Assembly (NCBI RefSeq): GCF_037042905.1
Contig: NC_087251.1
Location: forward strand, 34,164,001 to 34,228,000
Reading direction: 5' to 3'
DNA length: 64,000 nucleotides
Source of the DNA: Lytechinus pictus
Lineage: Eukaryota
Both the position numbers and the translations under genes were made by a program. Below are positions 1 to 12,992 of this stretch, one piece after another. Under the pieces are notes generated by a model. It had not been told where the DNA came from. It did not search any database and saw nothing but the letters and a program-made list of their open reading frames with translations. Position 1 is the first letter of the stretch. Every line of letters starts with the position of its first letter.

Positions 1-881
1 ATAGAGTCGGTATCAAATTTTATTAACACATCATGCTTGTGCATGTAAATTTTAAAAAGGCAAATAAAAAAAGCATGAATCCTATTGAAAATCTCATCAA
101 AATTACGGGTTAACTTTTAAGAGAAGTGAAGCTGATCTTCTCCATACATGACATCCACTGATAATTTCATGCACGTTTCACCGTACCCTTGCATTTTTTG
201 AAGGGCGAATTTCATTCCCTACATGGTTATGATAAAAATAAAGAATTGGATCACTGCTAGCCTCATTAACTATTTTGCTGTAGTTACCCTTGACAAGATT
301 CTAGACATCTCATAAGGTCATAAAGGCTAATATATGGCTTCTATTGCCCTTCATAGAGAGTTCATATTAGAGATCACTCAATGAATTAACCAGAAAAAAT
401 GGTCATTGAAGCTGAATTAAATTGTATCCTTTCATTGACATTTGAAAAAAAAAGATAAAAAACTCATAAAAACTTGAGGAACTTAACATCACACACAGCT
501 GAATATTTTACCCTTCCCGTATTTTGATTATTTGCAAGATACATTGAGTGGAAAATCATTGATATGATTAAACCTGGGGAGTATAGGTTTCACAAAGAAA
601 CTATTCACTAATTTTCAATAACAACTTTGTTCTGAGCCAATCAGAAACAAAGATTTTAGTAGCTTATAACAGTTGTCAGTGAAAAATCACAGACTATTTG
701 TTTAATTCAATGCTGCCTGTAATAATTTTTGCTGTCACAGCAAATGATAACTCAAATTACTATCCATCATTCACCCTCACATCATTGACATTTTTGTAGC
801 TTAATTATAGTGTGCTTCAACTGATATTACAGGTAGCTTCCAGGTTATGGAAACAAAACAGAAAAGACAGAGAAAGCATAC

Positions 882-959
882 CTTCTTGTAGCGGTGTTTC
901 CCCTAAACAGTCTTTCGGGACCTTGTCAGCACATCTTTTGTGGCAGTTGAATTTACAAT
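882..959 (-). CDS. PRKD: PRKD coding exon 6 (C1b end); gene continues left of window
   Basis: ctttcag|[31 protein letters not shown]; 78 nt, phase 1 to 1. Confidence 0.96.
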
Positions 960-1779
960 CTGAAAGAGAAAAAGATACTTGTCTCATTTATGTATGTATC
1001 TTTACAGTTATGTAGAAAAAAATATGAAAACACTTCTTGAGAAGTTTCTTCACTGAAATAATTTTACAAGAACAAGCACATCTTTGCAAAAGTACATCTA
1101 CTCCAATCAATTGACAAGTATTGGATATGGGATATATTGGTAAATAAGAGGGAGAGATGGAGCTTTTGATATTTGATCAGTTTGACACCAGAAAGTGTTT
1201 TAGTTTGGATATCAAGATGTACTGGGTACTTGATCATCAATACACAAGTGAATAGGCATGAGTGCGATGGAATGGAATTTTGCATGAGGTGTAAGAAAGA
1301 TGCTCTATTCAACGAGGCATAGCGGACTTCGATATAGCATCTCTCCCTTTCATCAAACTGCAAAATCTCATACCATTGTAAGAATAGGAATCTTCACTAT
1401 TTATGTTGTACAATGCTTCAGAAGTTTGAAAAATAATATATTGAAGAATAATCAAATATTTTCTGTGGTAATTCATGAAAACTACAAAAGAAATATAGAA
1501 AGCAAACAGCAAAATCCCTGAGCGGAATGCCCAGCGAGTTGTGATTCAAGCACGCTACTGTAGCAACATTACGCTTTAGCCAGTACGTGCATTGCACCTG
1601 CATTGCCATGCAGTGGTACATAATACGTGTACAATGGTAAAAATAAGTTCAGCCTCCCGTATGCTTGCATACAACTAACCAACTAGGCATTGATTTGTGA
1701 TGTATTTGGCTACCAAACAACCTACCGAACTTAAACCACATACTTAAAATATACTCTGAACCGTAGTTTAGAATACTAC

Positions 1780-2023
1780 CTTTGCATTGAAGTCCCTGAC
1801 GGAATAGCCCAACCAGAAGCCTTTTGCAGTACTGGCAGATGGTTGGCTTGGTGTAATTGTGCACAACAAAAGTATGGGGCACCTTGATGCGACTGGCTAC
1901 TGCCCGCTCAACCCAGAGTGGCCGGTTGCCCCATGACGGTGACCGCCGTTCCTTGTAGCTGTCGCTCTTCACAAGGGGAGTCTGCTGGGAGTGGGTTACA
2001 AATACTGCAAGCTGCTGCTGCTG
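1780..2023 (-). CDS. PRKD: PRKD coding exon 5 (linker and C1b first part)
   Basis: [39 protein letters not shown]...[40 protein letters not shown]; the acceptor lies in a (CAG)5 run so the exact start is uncertain. Confidence 0.92.
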
Positions 2024-5000
2024 CTGTAAAGGTAAAAAGAAAGTTTTAAAAATGGAGTGATAACGAAATTCAAATTAATTCATGTAACTTTCAATTACTG
2101 AAGTACAAAAGAATGCACAAGCGCACTGTAGCCTTTGGTGGCGGCCTGTAATGCCGCCAATTTCATGGGAAAACTGAAAAGTGATTTGTGATAAAATAGA
2201 TAATTGTGAATATTTCCAATTTTATTGATCACAAAATGTGGATACTAAGTTGAATCAGATATACTTTGTGGGATATACTTGCGGGGAGCACAATGATTTT
2301 CAGGCATGGAAAGAGAAAGGAAAATTCCAGGACTTTCAAGGTTTTGAAGGATCTGTAAGGACCCTGTCCTTCACCTCTCTCTGAAACCTGGAAGTCATAT
2401 TGTTACATGAAATGCCTTGGTTTTAGGTTAGGGGCAGGGAAAGTGAGTACATGGACAGTGTAGCTTGATAAGTGTCAAGGAATTGCAAAGAAATCCTCAT
2501 TCATTGTGTTTATACTACCATTAAAATGCACTTTAAACAGATATAACTCTAAATATAAACTAATATTTTTACAACAAAGGTTATTCATTATGCCTTAATC
2601 TATTATCATTTGTCCTATCAGTAGACAAATAAATTGTTATGTACAATAATGGCAGATGCAGAAAACCAGAGTAAACAGTCAATGAAAGAATATCTCATTT
2701 ACATTTCAATGTACTCTATACTGATTTTTTTAAATCAAAGATGTACAAGACATTCTATAAGCTATTTATTGAATTCAAACAAAAGAAACCGCTAAATAAA
2801 AGCATGGAACTTTATCAGAGAAAAGTCTTAACTGATTTCCGACTTCATATCTGAACACTATAAATGAATACTTGCTATTCTGAAAACATTTTTAGTTTAT
2901 CATGCATGCCAATGTATGTCTGGCAACTGATACATTTTTTGTACTAGAAATATAATAACAAAACCACACTTCCTTTGGCTGTATATAACTAGCATGTACA
3001 CTATGTACTTAATTTGAACCCAGGCACATTCGTGTATTCTACTACGACTGACTCATGAGGGGTACGGTCATGCTACTATGCTTGTTTCATGGAACACAAG
3101 TTGTAATCATATCTTGCTATTATTTGAGTCATCAATGATGACATGGGGCCGTAAAAGCCCGTGGAGCCTCTAAGCTTGGATTCATACTGCCATCAATAGC
3201 ATGAAAATACTACTCTATTCACAGGACACTTGACATTAAATATTTACAATATTTATTACTGTCAACAGGACATCAATAGTGGTTAACAAATTTGCACAGT
3301 TTTGCATCATGAAGCTTCATAAACACAAAAAGAAAATCAATTTGGTTATCAACTGAAAGAATGTGATTTGGGGTATCAACATGATTGGTCATGTTGGTTG
3401 AGTGAAACTATTGATGGCAGAGCTCAAAAGGAAATGATAAAAACAATACGTTCTCTCTTTATTTTGATAATTATTTATACATGATTACTTTATCTAGTAT
3501 TCATTAATTTATTACTGTTACATCACCCATTATTCCACTTTGTTGTTGGGGTTGAGGTCTGCTAATGTGTTTTACTTTTAAGTATGAGAGCAGAAATTTT
3601 ATTTTTAAAATATAACGAAGCCAAGCATTACATGTACTTTTCCATTATAAATTTAACAATATCAATAGGTGGGGAATTGGTTATTAAAAAGGTTGTGAAT
3701 CATTTTATATCTCGACTGCTTTTTCATAAATCATGCGAGGACTGATGATACAAGTACTTCATAAAACTTCACCCAACAATAATTGAGAGAAACTGTGAGC
3801 TAGAAATAATTGACCCTCTCATCTATTGACATTACACCCCTGTATTTACACTCTTACAAATCACTCTTTACTGCACAGCAGGCACAGTGAAATGATAAAG
3901 AGTATGAAAATAAACTATAGAACAAAAAGTTATATTCAAACAAACAGGAAGAGAAGGTAAAGAGAGTAATAAAAATGGCAGAAACGGACAACAAAAGATG
4001 AAATGTAATGATGCGTAGAAAATAAAAGTACAAAAAATGAAATAAAGAAGTGTGGATGGTAAAGAGATCTGAAGACAAGGAGATTTAGTTCGAGTTAGGA
4101 TTGGCACAAGAAAAAAATTGATTCTGATGATTTTGAGGAAAATATTGGGGAAAGCATTCAATTCAAAACTTGGATTAAACACAAGTTTTACTTAACATTT
4201 TGCATGGCTAAGAATTATAAATGTACTCATTTTGTATTCAGTTCAATATTATTATTAGTGAGTATTTTGCTTAACTTTGGTTTTATAAAGTAAAATACTT
4301 AAATTTGATCTGAATGTGAATTTAAGCATTCTGCTTAGCCAAGTAAAATGCTAAGTAAAGTACTTACAAAATCAATACTTCCAATCGAATACCGGCCCAG
4401 GACATGCTCATCCCACGACTGCGCACCATGCCGTAAACGCGCTTCCTTCTTTGCCCCCCAATTCAAAATGGGTGTATTCCGATCGATCGGGAAGATGGAC
4501 ATGAAATTTTAACATGTTCAAAATTTCACGCCGATCTGATTAAATGCCCGCTCTTTTTCCGTCCCCACAACGCTGTTGCTACGCTGCTTCCAGTTTCCGC
4601 CCTCTGCCAATTACTAATCAGGATGGAGTGGGGTTTCAGATAGAGGTAGTGGAACAGCCCCTTTAAATATAAGGTTAAATACTTAGTCAAATTCATGAGG
4701 TGAATATCAAAATGGCTAACTATTAAAGTAAAATACTATTTTTTCAGACTTGAATTGAATACCAGCCTATGAGTAGGGAATGAAAGGTGGATGTAATGAT
4801 GCAAAAATCAAAAAAAGAAGTAAACTCTACAGCAAGACAAAGGAACAACAATGCAAAAGAAAATACGGTACACGGACAAAAGAGAAGGAAAAGAAAGCAA
4901 AATTAAAAAGCAAAGCACCAAGGTCTTCTAAAAGGCAAACTATAAAAGTTGTTAACAGTTGAATACCCTGATGAAAATCTCTTTGGCACCATGCTGATAC

Positions 5001-5857
5001 AATCATCATGGTTGACAGAATAGGGCCTGTTTTTCTCTCCTTCAGGAAATGGTTCAAATTCCCCATGCACTTTACATCAATGAAATGCATACATGTACAA
5101 CTGTATCTGAATACTAAACTTCTATGGCAACCACCTGTAGATTAAGGTTAACCTGTCTGTAAAGACTACTTGCATGGTTTCTCTAATAATTTTTCTCATA
5201 AAAATATTTTAAAAACATGTATTTCAGGAACCTGTCCATAAGGATCACCTGCTTTATACACAGATTACTTTACTTTACTTTCTTGGGTGATGTTTATAAA
5301 CAAGTTTCACTGTGTATCCAATTTATGTTTACTTGTAATGAGGCAAGCCATCATACATGTTCATGTCAACCAATACATTTTCATGTTTGACATATACATC
5401 CCTTTTTAGAACCTAACATTTTATCAACACAGAAAAATCTATATCGATTTTATAGGCATTCATTTATTTTTTCTATGCATTAAAACTACTACATGTATTT
5501 AAAGGATACTGGTTACTTTTTCTTCGAAAACAAAGGTTTAACGTCAAAGTGTACCATCAACTAAAAGTCACAATTTTTCATTCATACTCTTTAAAAAACC
5601 CAAAAGTACAATCTATATGTATATAAAGCAAAGCAGATTTCTATAATTAGCTCATTTTTCTGCTTGTATGAAAGTGAAACACACTCATTAAGGCCCTCAT
5701 TCCACAGAACAGAACAGAAACCTTTGAAAGATCACTGAACGATCAAGCAAGTTTCATGGTCTTTCTGGGATCTAAAGTCAGTGGAAATGTGGATTAAAAA
5801 ACCGTATAAAGTAATGGTAATTATTTCTTTAATACCACCTACATTGATCAAACTTAC

Positions 5858-6006
5858 CTGAGAATCTTCACTAGACAAACTGGTCTCTGATGGAGACCAA
5901 GGAATACTGGAGGAGGAGATCGCTAAGGAAGAGCGCCGTCGCTTGGATAACGTGCAATCATTAGGAATTTTGAAAGCGCACCGTTTGTGGTAGTTTCCCC
6001 CACACC
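5858..6006 (-). CDS. PRKD: PRKD coding exon 4 (C1a end and linker)
   Basis: Not in ORF track; hand translation [58 protein letters not shown] borders; 149 nt, phase 1 to 0. Confidence 0.95.
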
Positions 6007-6441
6007 CTATAGTGAAAAGAGCAGAAAGATGAAATCGTTTGAAAATTGTTGGACTGTGTGAGGTACTGCGACTTACAAATATTTTTTCATAGATTGTGGG
6101 GAGCGATGAACTCTTTTTGCTCCTCTTCTGAAAGCATTCACAAATTCAAATCAAATGTGTGGATTCCAAGAATTACATTAAAAGTAGATTTAAACAATAT
6201 GGCAGCATAAATGCAACAATATCAATATATTTTCATGTAAGAAATGCTCTAGTATCTTCTGTGGTAATGCAACACTTGAGTAGTGTCAATCCACAAAATT
6301 TTAATACTGATATTTAAACTCCCACTAAATGCATTTTTATTGACTGTAAACTGGTTCCTAGACCTATCTACTATTAAGGTTCATTAATAATATTTATACA
6401 TGTCTGTAGAAAATTGTGGATAACAAAGTTGTTGAGCTCAC

Positions 6442-6573
6442 CATCACATTTCAGTCCTTGTCTGACTAATCCAAATAGCATCTGACCACAGAAGTCACAA
6501 AACGTTGGACTCTTGTAGGAGTGGACATATAAAGTGTGAGGCCGGATCTGTCTGTCTTCAACAGTTGCTGAGG
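6442..6573 (-). CDS. PRKD: PRKD coding exon 3 (C1a domain, first part)
   Basis: tatag|[49 protein letters not shown]; 132 nt, phase 1 to 1. Confidence 0.97.
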
Positions 6574-8840
6574 CTATAGAGCCCAATTTGATTAACATCA
6601 ATGGAATTGAAGATGAAAGAAAAGAAAGACAAGACAATCATCATCTGAAATTCATTTTTAATACGAGGAGCTGAATAATGTGTTTGTTTCAATAAAAGAC
6701 GTTTTACCAAATTAAAAAAAAATACAAGGCTTGAAAAGTTTACAAAAGACATCCTTTTATGAAGAGAAAAACAAACAGGGACTACAATTAACAAACAAAA
6801 TCAAAACAAAGCTGAACACTGAGCGAAACATAAAATAATCTTAACAAACCTAACTATAAACATAACCCTCAAATCCCATTATTCTGATGCAATAAGCTTA
6901 TCATAGCCCTCACCCTTCTCAGAAATTAGGACTGGATCAGTTCTCACTTGAGTAAAATTATTGTATCACCAATGCTCAAATTACAATGGCAAGTCATTAA
7001 CAATACTGTGCAACGATTCTTCGTTTAAATATTAAAGAAATAAATCTTTTTTATTATAATTTATATCAATCAGCAACTGGAGGCATCATTAAGCTACACA
7101 CAATGACATTTTTTAACAATCTTTGCATCGCTTTAGTAAAATACCTACAAATTATTTTGCATGAAAATTTTAATCAGCAAATCTACGGATGTTTCCTGTG
7201 CAGTTGTAAATAATTAGGCCTATTTGTTCATTAGATCTAGCCTGTGTATATTTTAGATATTTTAAATACAATTACTGCATCTACATGTACTGTACAAAGG
7301 GATGTATAAAACCTGAAAATGTAAATACAGGTATTTGCATGTTCAATGTAATAATAATGACAAGGGTATAATTACAACTGAACTAATTTTTACATACAGA
7401 AAGCAGCATTTTAAAACCTCATACAAAGCTTTCACTTGACAAAGAGTACAGATTCACAGTAAATTTTTAACAATCCAAAACAAACTCACTCCATTAGGTC
7501 TCTACAATAAGAAAAGGCATTCTCCATGTATCAAGGTGTGAACAACAATCAGTTTTAAATGTGTAGGGAAATGTACATTTAGCATTACAATATCCCAAGC
7601 TCTGACAGTTAATATCAAAATGACTGCAAAGGACAGGGAGTTTGAAATGGGAAATTGAAAAGCATGCAACAAGGAAAGAATGTGAAAAGTTTCATTAATA
7701 TTCAACAGGTATGTTATTCTTTTTCATATTTCATAATCATACCAAATAACGGATAATGTACATGTATGCCAACTGTACTCTTCAAGATCTTTTAACAAAT
7801 ATATAGTACAAAAAGGTGAGGAAATTTATTCCATTCACTCCCCCCCCCCCCCCCCCCCCCACCTGGCAGAAATGTGAATTGAAAAGTGTGCTGGAAATTC
7901 TCTTCATATTTTGAGTTTTGGTAAAGCCCCGAAAAGTGATGTCACTATTCCAAGTACAAAATACAACATGAATACATGTATGCCCTAAAATGGTAAAGAT
8001 TTTGAGGACATTTTTTCTGTATGTACATGTACATGTAGTTTATTACAAAAAAATTGTGATTTTACATGAATAGTTGTTTTTATATTAAAGGTGTCCGATT
8101 TTGAAAAATTGAATCTCTTCATTTGTTTTTATTCAAAACCACTTTATCAAGAATGGAATGGGCTGGAAATTTTTCAGCATATATAATCTGTCTGTACCTT
8201 TGTAATATCCAATCACTTTGAGGGTAGTGTTCAAATGACTCTTTAAAAAAAATACATACACCTGTAAATATTTCTATCAAGAGGGGATTCTAATTTCCCT
8301 TATGCAAAATTAAGGTTTTCACAAAGAATCAACTGTTGAAAAAAGATTCAAAGGCCAATACACTTTTTAAAATGATACTGAAGTATAATTTGACCCATCC
8401 TACATGTAAAGTTTCAAATGGACTTCAAGTTCAATGCAAGGGCATACCAATAGTAAATCTGTTCAAATACAGTACCATGAAGGATCCAGAATGATACAGT
8501 GTAATAAGAAATATTGTATTTTGGGATGGGGTGCGTTTCTTTATTTTTCTTTTAAAAGTAAGAAAGCAGGGCCTTGCATATATATATATATATATATATA
8601 CACACAATGAATTTCAAGTGAGTATACAATGTAAACTAAAGCAAAACAAATAGTGTTTTTTACTGTGCTTGCATTGCGTTAAATCAAACCTTTTAAAGAC
8701 CAGTGTACAAAGATTATATCAGTTTATTCAATAAGGGTGTAACTGATGCCCTACATTGTTTTGGAAGTGTAATTGCAGAAGACAAGTAAGAAATGAAATA
8801 GAAAAAAAAAGAGGATTTTTTTTCTACTGTATGTACTTGC

Positions 8841-8891
8841 CAGAGGAATTTTGGCTGACGAGGTCATTCATTCGGCTACCATCCCATTGAT
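8841..8891 (-). CDS. PRKD: Candidate PRKD cassette exon (17 aa, DQWDGSRMNDLVSQNSS) with GC donor
   Basis: ~100-nt pyrimidine-rich tract, CTGCAG acceptor, 51 nt, phase 1 to 1, stop-free, CTG|GCAAGT donor. Confidence 0.55.
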
Positions 8892-9294
8892 CTGCAGTCG
8901 AGACAATGAATGAAGGGCGTACATTGACGAACACGGAGGAGGCAGGACAAGAGCAGGGGATGAAGAATGGAGGGAGGAGAAGGAGGCAGAGGTCGACACT
9001 TAACTTTTTTTTCATACATGTACATATATAAGATATACACATAGGATAACAATCAACAAATCTCATGCAAAGTAGCTCTTCAAATCAGGGTGCAAAATAT
9101 ACCATGCAACACAGGGTCATGCAATGAAAGTATTGTGTATGTATCAATAACATAATAAAAATTATCATTTCCTCAAAAGCAACTACACATGTAGTATGTA
9201 CATGTATGTAGAGTACATGTACCTTTCTCCTTAATAGACACACAGTACTGTACAGTACTGTATGTGGAAAAAATATTCATTATTCAACTTTATT

Positions 9295-9524
9295 CAAGGC
9301 TCCACACTAACTTTTTTTCTTTCCGCCAAAATCATCAATTTCATATTCTTGGTGGCCCAAAAAGCAAATTTGCTAGCCCTAAAACAATAGAAAGCATTAC
9401 AATTTATCAATAATTTGGTACCCTGACTGGGCCACCAATTGCAGGCTTTTACAAAAATTTGGTGGCCCCGACTCTCATTTTTGGTTGCCTCGGGCCACCG
9501 GGCCACTGCTAATGTCGAGCCCTG
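9295..9524. mobile_element. hAT-like MITE
   Basis: CAAGGCTCCACA...TGTCGAGCCCTG; flanking direct repeat CTTTATT. Confidence 0.7.
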
Positions 9525-11711
9525 CTTTATTCATTCATTTCATTTCCTTTATTGATATTATAATGGAAGAGTATTTTTATATATTTTTCTTTATTACAAT
9601 GGGCCATTTACATGTACCCCACTTTTCAAATACACATCATATAATTTTTTAAAGACATGTACTATTCATAGAGGAAATGATAACTCCTGTGGGATAGCAA
9701 CATCTCCATATCCATGTGTAAATCAAAACAAGGCCAAATCAAAATATTTCAACAATAAAACAACCACAAGGAAAAAAAAACTGTTAACCATTTTGTAAAT
9801 CGAATTAAGAAATTAACAGTCACATAAAACTTTGCAAGTCAGTGCAACCAAAATTACATCTCAAACACGTGATACATGTATGTGACTATATTTTGTTGTA
9901 CATTGTAAGAAGCTTTGTACAGGACTTTTCCTTTCTCCTACTTTTAATGGAATATGGATTTAAATGCATTTCACAAACGTGATTGGTTAAAATCTGCCAA
10001 CATTTTGGCACGTGTATGGTGTCCTTTTTTTTAATTTCTCAATGGTTATTCTGCTTTGAAAGAAAAATATATTACAAAGCAAAAGTAAATCAAATATTGG
10101 CAACAATGTGGCCTTAAAAATGTTCAATATCATGCTATTACAAGTTTGCATTAAAATATCCACCTCAGACTTTGCTTCCAATTTTGTATGTGTAAATTTG
10201 TATTTAGTCATTGAAAAACAGCTGAAATATTTTTGTTTATCATCATCAAAGAAAGGATTTTCATTCATGACACTGTAAATGGCACACCCAAATTTAGATT
10301 TTTTAATTATCTACTTTATTCATAACCAATTAAAAAAAAAAAAAAACAAGTCATTTGCACTACACAATTTATGATATACTGTCTTATTCACCAATCACCA
10401 ATGTTGTGTTATAATCAAAGTTGTTTTTTTCCAGTTTTACAATCTGGAAATCTGAATGGTTTTTAAGTTGAACCCTCCAAATGTATTAATGCTCAAATAA
10501 TTTTGAAGGGTATACAAGTGCTGTGTTTTTTATGATTCACTGGTGAAAAATGAATTCAGCAAGTGGAGAATAAATGTAATTTTAAATTGTTTACATCCCA
10601 TGTGCACAAGTGTATTTTCAATGTGAGATTTGTCCCCTTTCTATGCACAATCTAAATGTATTTCAAAACTTGTTTGCAAAATATTCAGTAAATTTATGTT
10701 TAATATGTGCATATAAATTTAGTAAAATCAGATTTCTAGCAAAATCAGAAAAGGCATGCAAAGTTGCAAACAAAATCGATCCATACATATTGGAATTCAA
10801 AATCATACAGCAGTCACTGTAAACTTGGTGTCTTAAACAGACAAACAATAATTAAAAATCATATGGCGTACATGTAAATAGATATGATCGCGAATGTTTT
10901 AATTGCATAATTTAAGAGTAATTAATTTCATTCATACAAATAAAATAATTATCTGTAAAAAAACAATCTAATACAAAGCATACATTTGTATTAATGCAAT
11001 ATCATCACTAATGTAAATTTTAATATTTATATTGTTTTATGATGATTTACGAACAGAGATATAAAAAGTATGTTTTTTTTTTATTTCATTAATTGATTTT
11101 TAATTGATTTCATTATTATTATGTTTAAGAGATCGGGATAACACAAAACAACGTATGAATGATGGGCTAAAAATTCATCACTTTCAGTAGCTACTATTAG
11201 CTTTATGTATTAAAAGCTTTATTTTTTGACCATGTGTAAACTTTTATCAAATAAATAAATGATTATATATTTCAAGTACCACATTAAAGCGAAATATCAC
11301 AGAGTGATCCGTTACACACTGTACTAATGATTTCACAATGGTTCACAACAGAAAAAAAATTAGTATGATTTCACGAGGGAACATTTTATCCAGTTCAAAT
11401 GGAAATGGTGGGTAATCAGTCGTGCAATTAGCTCGATAATCAAAACAGTTAATGCGTACTTAGGAATGGGCGATTTCAAGTATGGTGTTGTTTATGTTTG
11501 TTTGGTGGTGAGAGCAAGAATGAGACTACCTACATATATGTACATTGAGCTTTATACCAATACGGTTTACACCTTGATAACAAAACACTCATCTTTAATT
11601 CAGTTGTGTATCTGGTGTTACATGTAGAGCTTACATGTACATACATGTATGCCTGAACACCAGCACAAATTTTCAACACCAAACTGGAAGTCGATTGTGT
11701 TAATATCTTAC

Positions 11712-11850
11712 CTGATAATACGGCCTCAATGAGGGCACCCTCCGTCACATCGTTAACTGAGGTTACGGGTGTGAGAGAGTAGCTCGCACCTGGATTGTGC
11801 TTGAAGAGCAGAAGCTTGTCATATACTCCATAAAAATCATGCTCTGGAAA
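11712..11850 (-). CDS. PRKD: PRKD coding exon 2 (ULD second half)
   Basis: ttttttggcag|FPEHDFYGVYDKLLLFKH...EGALIEAVLS|GTAAG; 139 nt, phase 0 to 1; typical PKD FPE.GFYG.YDK.LLF.H motif. Confidence 0.95.
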
Positions 11851-12185
11851 CTGCCAAAAAAAAAATGAAATCAAATGAAATAATTAAGAAAACCATTTCA
11901 AGGGTACTGTAAAGTTGCAGTAAACACTAATTTCAGGAGAAAGTCTGTAACTTCCGGGGGGGGGGGGGGGGGAGGCTATTCGAATTATAACATGATACCT
12001 ACACTACAGTATGTGCCACACCAAAGCCGGAAATAGGGGGCTCTGGAACTAAATCTTGGTCTTGAAAGTGGGGGTCTCCAGAAAGGCTCTTGAATCATAC
12101 CCCAAATCATGCTCATATTTGATGCTTGTTTTGCTAATTTCTCAGCAATTATACCAATTCTTCCAGAATCCTTTGGTACATGTAC

Positions 12186-12992
12186 CAGGGCTGTTATCGT
12201 TAAGAAAATTCTCTGTCGATATATCGCTAAAAATATTTTTCCGATATCGGCAAAAGAACATAATAAAAAATAAATCAATACGCATTTTTTATGCATTATA
12301 GCGATGACACAATACCGGTACTCGCATTGGTCAAAATTTGTATCTGCCACTGTACCAAGAACGCTTTAAAATCCGCGTTCATCGGATATAAACGATTACA
12401 TAACATCTTTTAACAAACATATTTAGCATAAATACATCCTCACGATATTAGCATTATTTTAAGGTTGGATGAAGTTTTATCGATCATTTTGGGGCTTTTT
12501 GGACATTGTTCTGAGCAGCCAACATCTTTTGCCTATCCGCCATTTTGATATGCTGTACATCTTCGAACGTAGAGGGTAGCAACAAACGGCCGTGTACTGC
12601 CTTCTACGTTGGTACTTGCATTTGTGAATGTTTTCAAGATATGATCGAATGGAGTCGAGTGCAGTCACGATGTTTGGATTGTCATGAGCGAAGTGAGATC
12701 ATGTTTTGTGGCTAGTAAATATTTGTATTTTGTTGAGATTTTGGAGTAATTCCTGTTGCTGTTCTGTGCATTTTGAGGAAAATACGTTTTCCGTGATTTT
12801 CTGTTTGAGAAGTCGCTTTCAAAAGGCCGTTTCCGTTCATTCCGTGAAATCGCGGAAAATCACTGTCATGTCCCTACATACATGTAATAGCGAATATTAT
12901 CGACAACGAAAGGTTATCGATATCGCTAAGTGACAAAAAACAAGCGATTATCGACAAGACTAGCGATAAAGAGGTTATCGATAACAGCCCTA
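12186..12992. mobile_element. hAT-like non-autonomous element
   Basis: CAGGGCTGTTATCG...CGATAACAGCCCTA TIRs with subterminal CGATAT motifs; TSD not evident. Confidence 0.65.
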
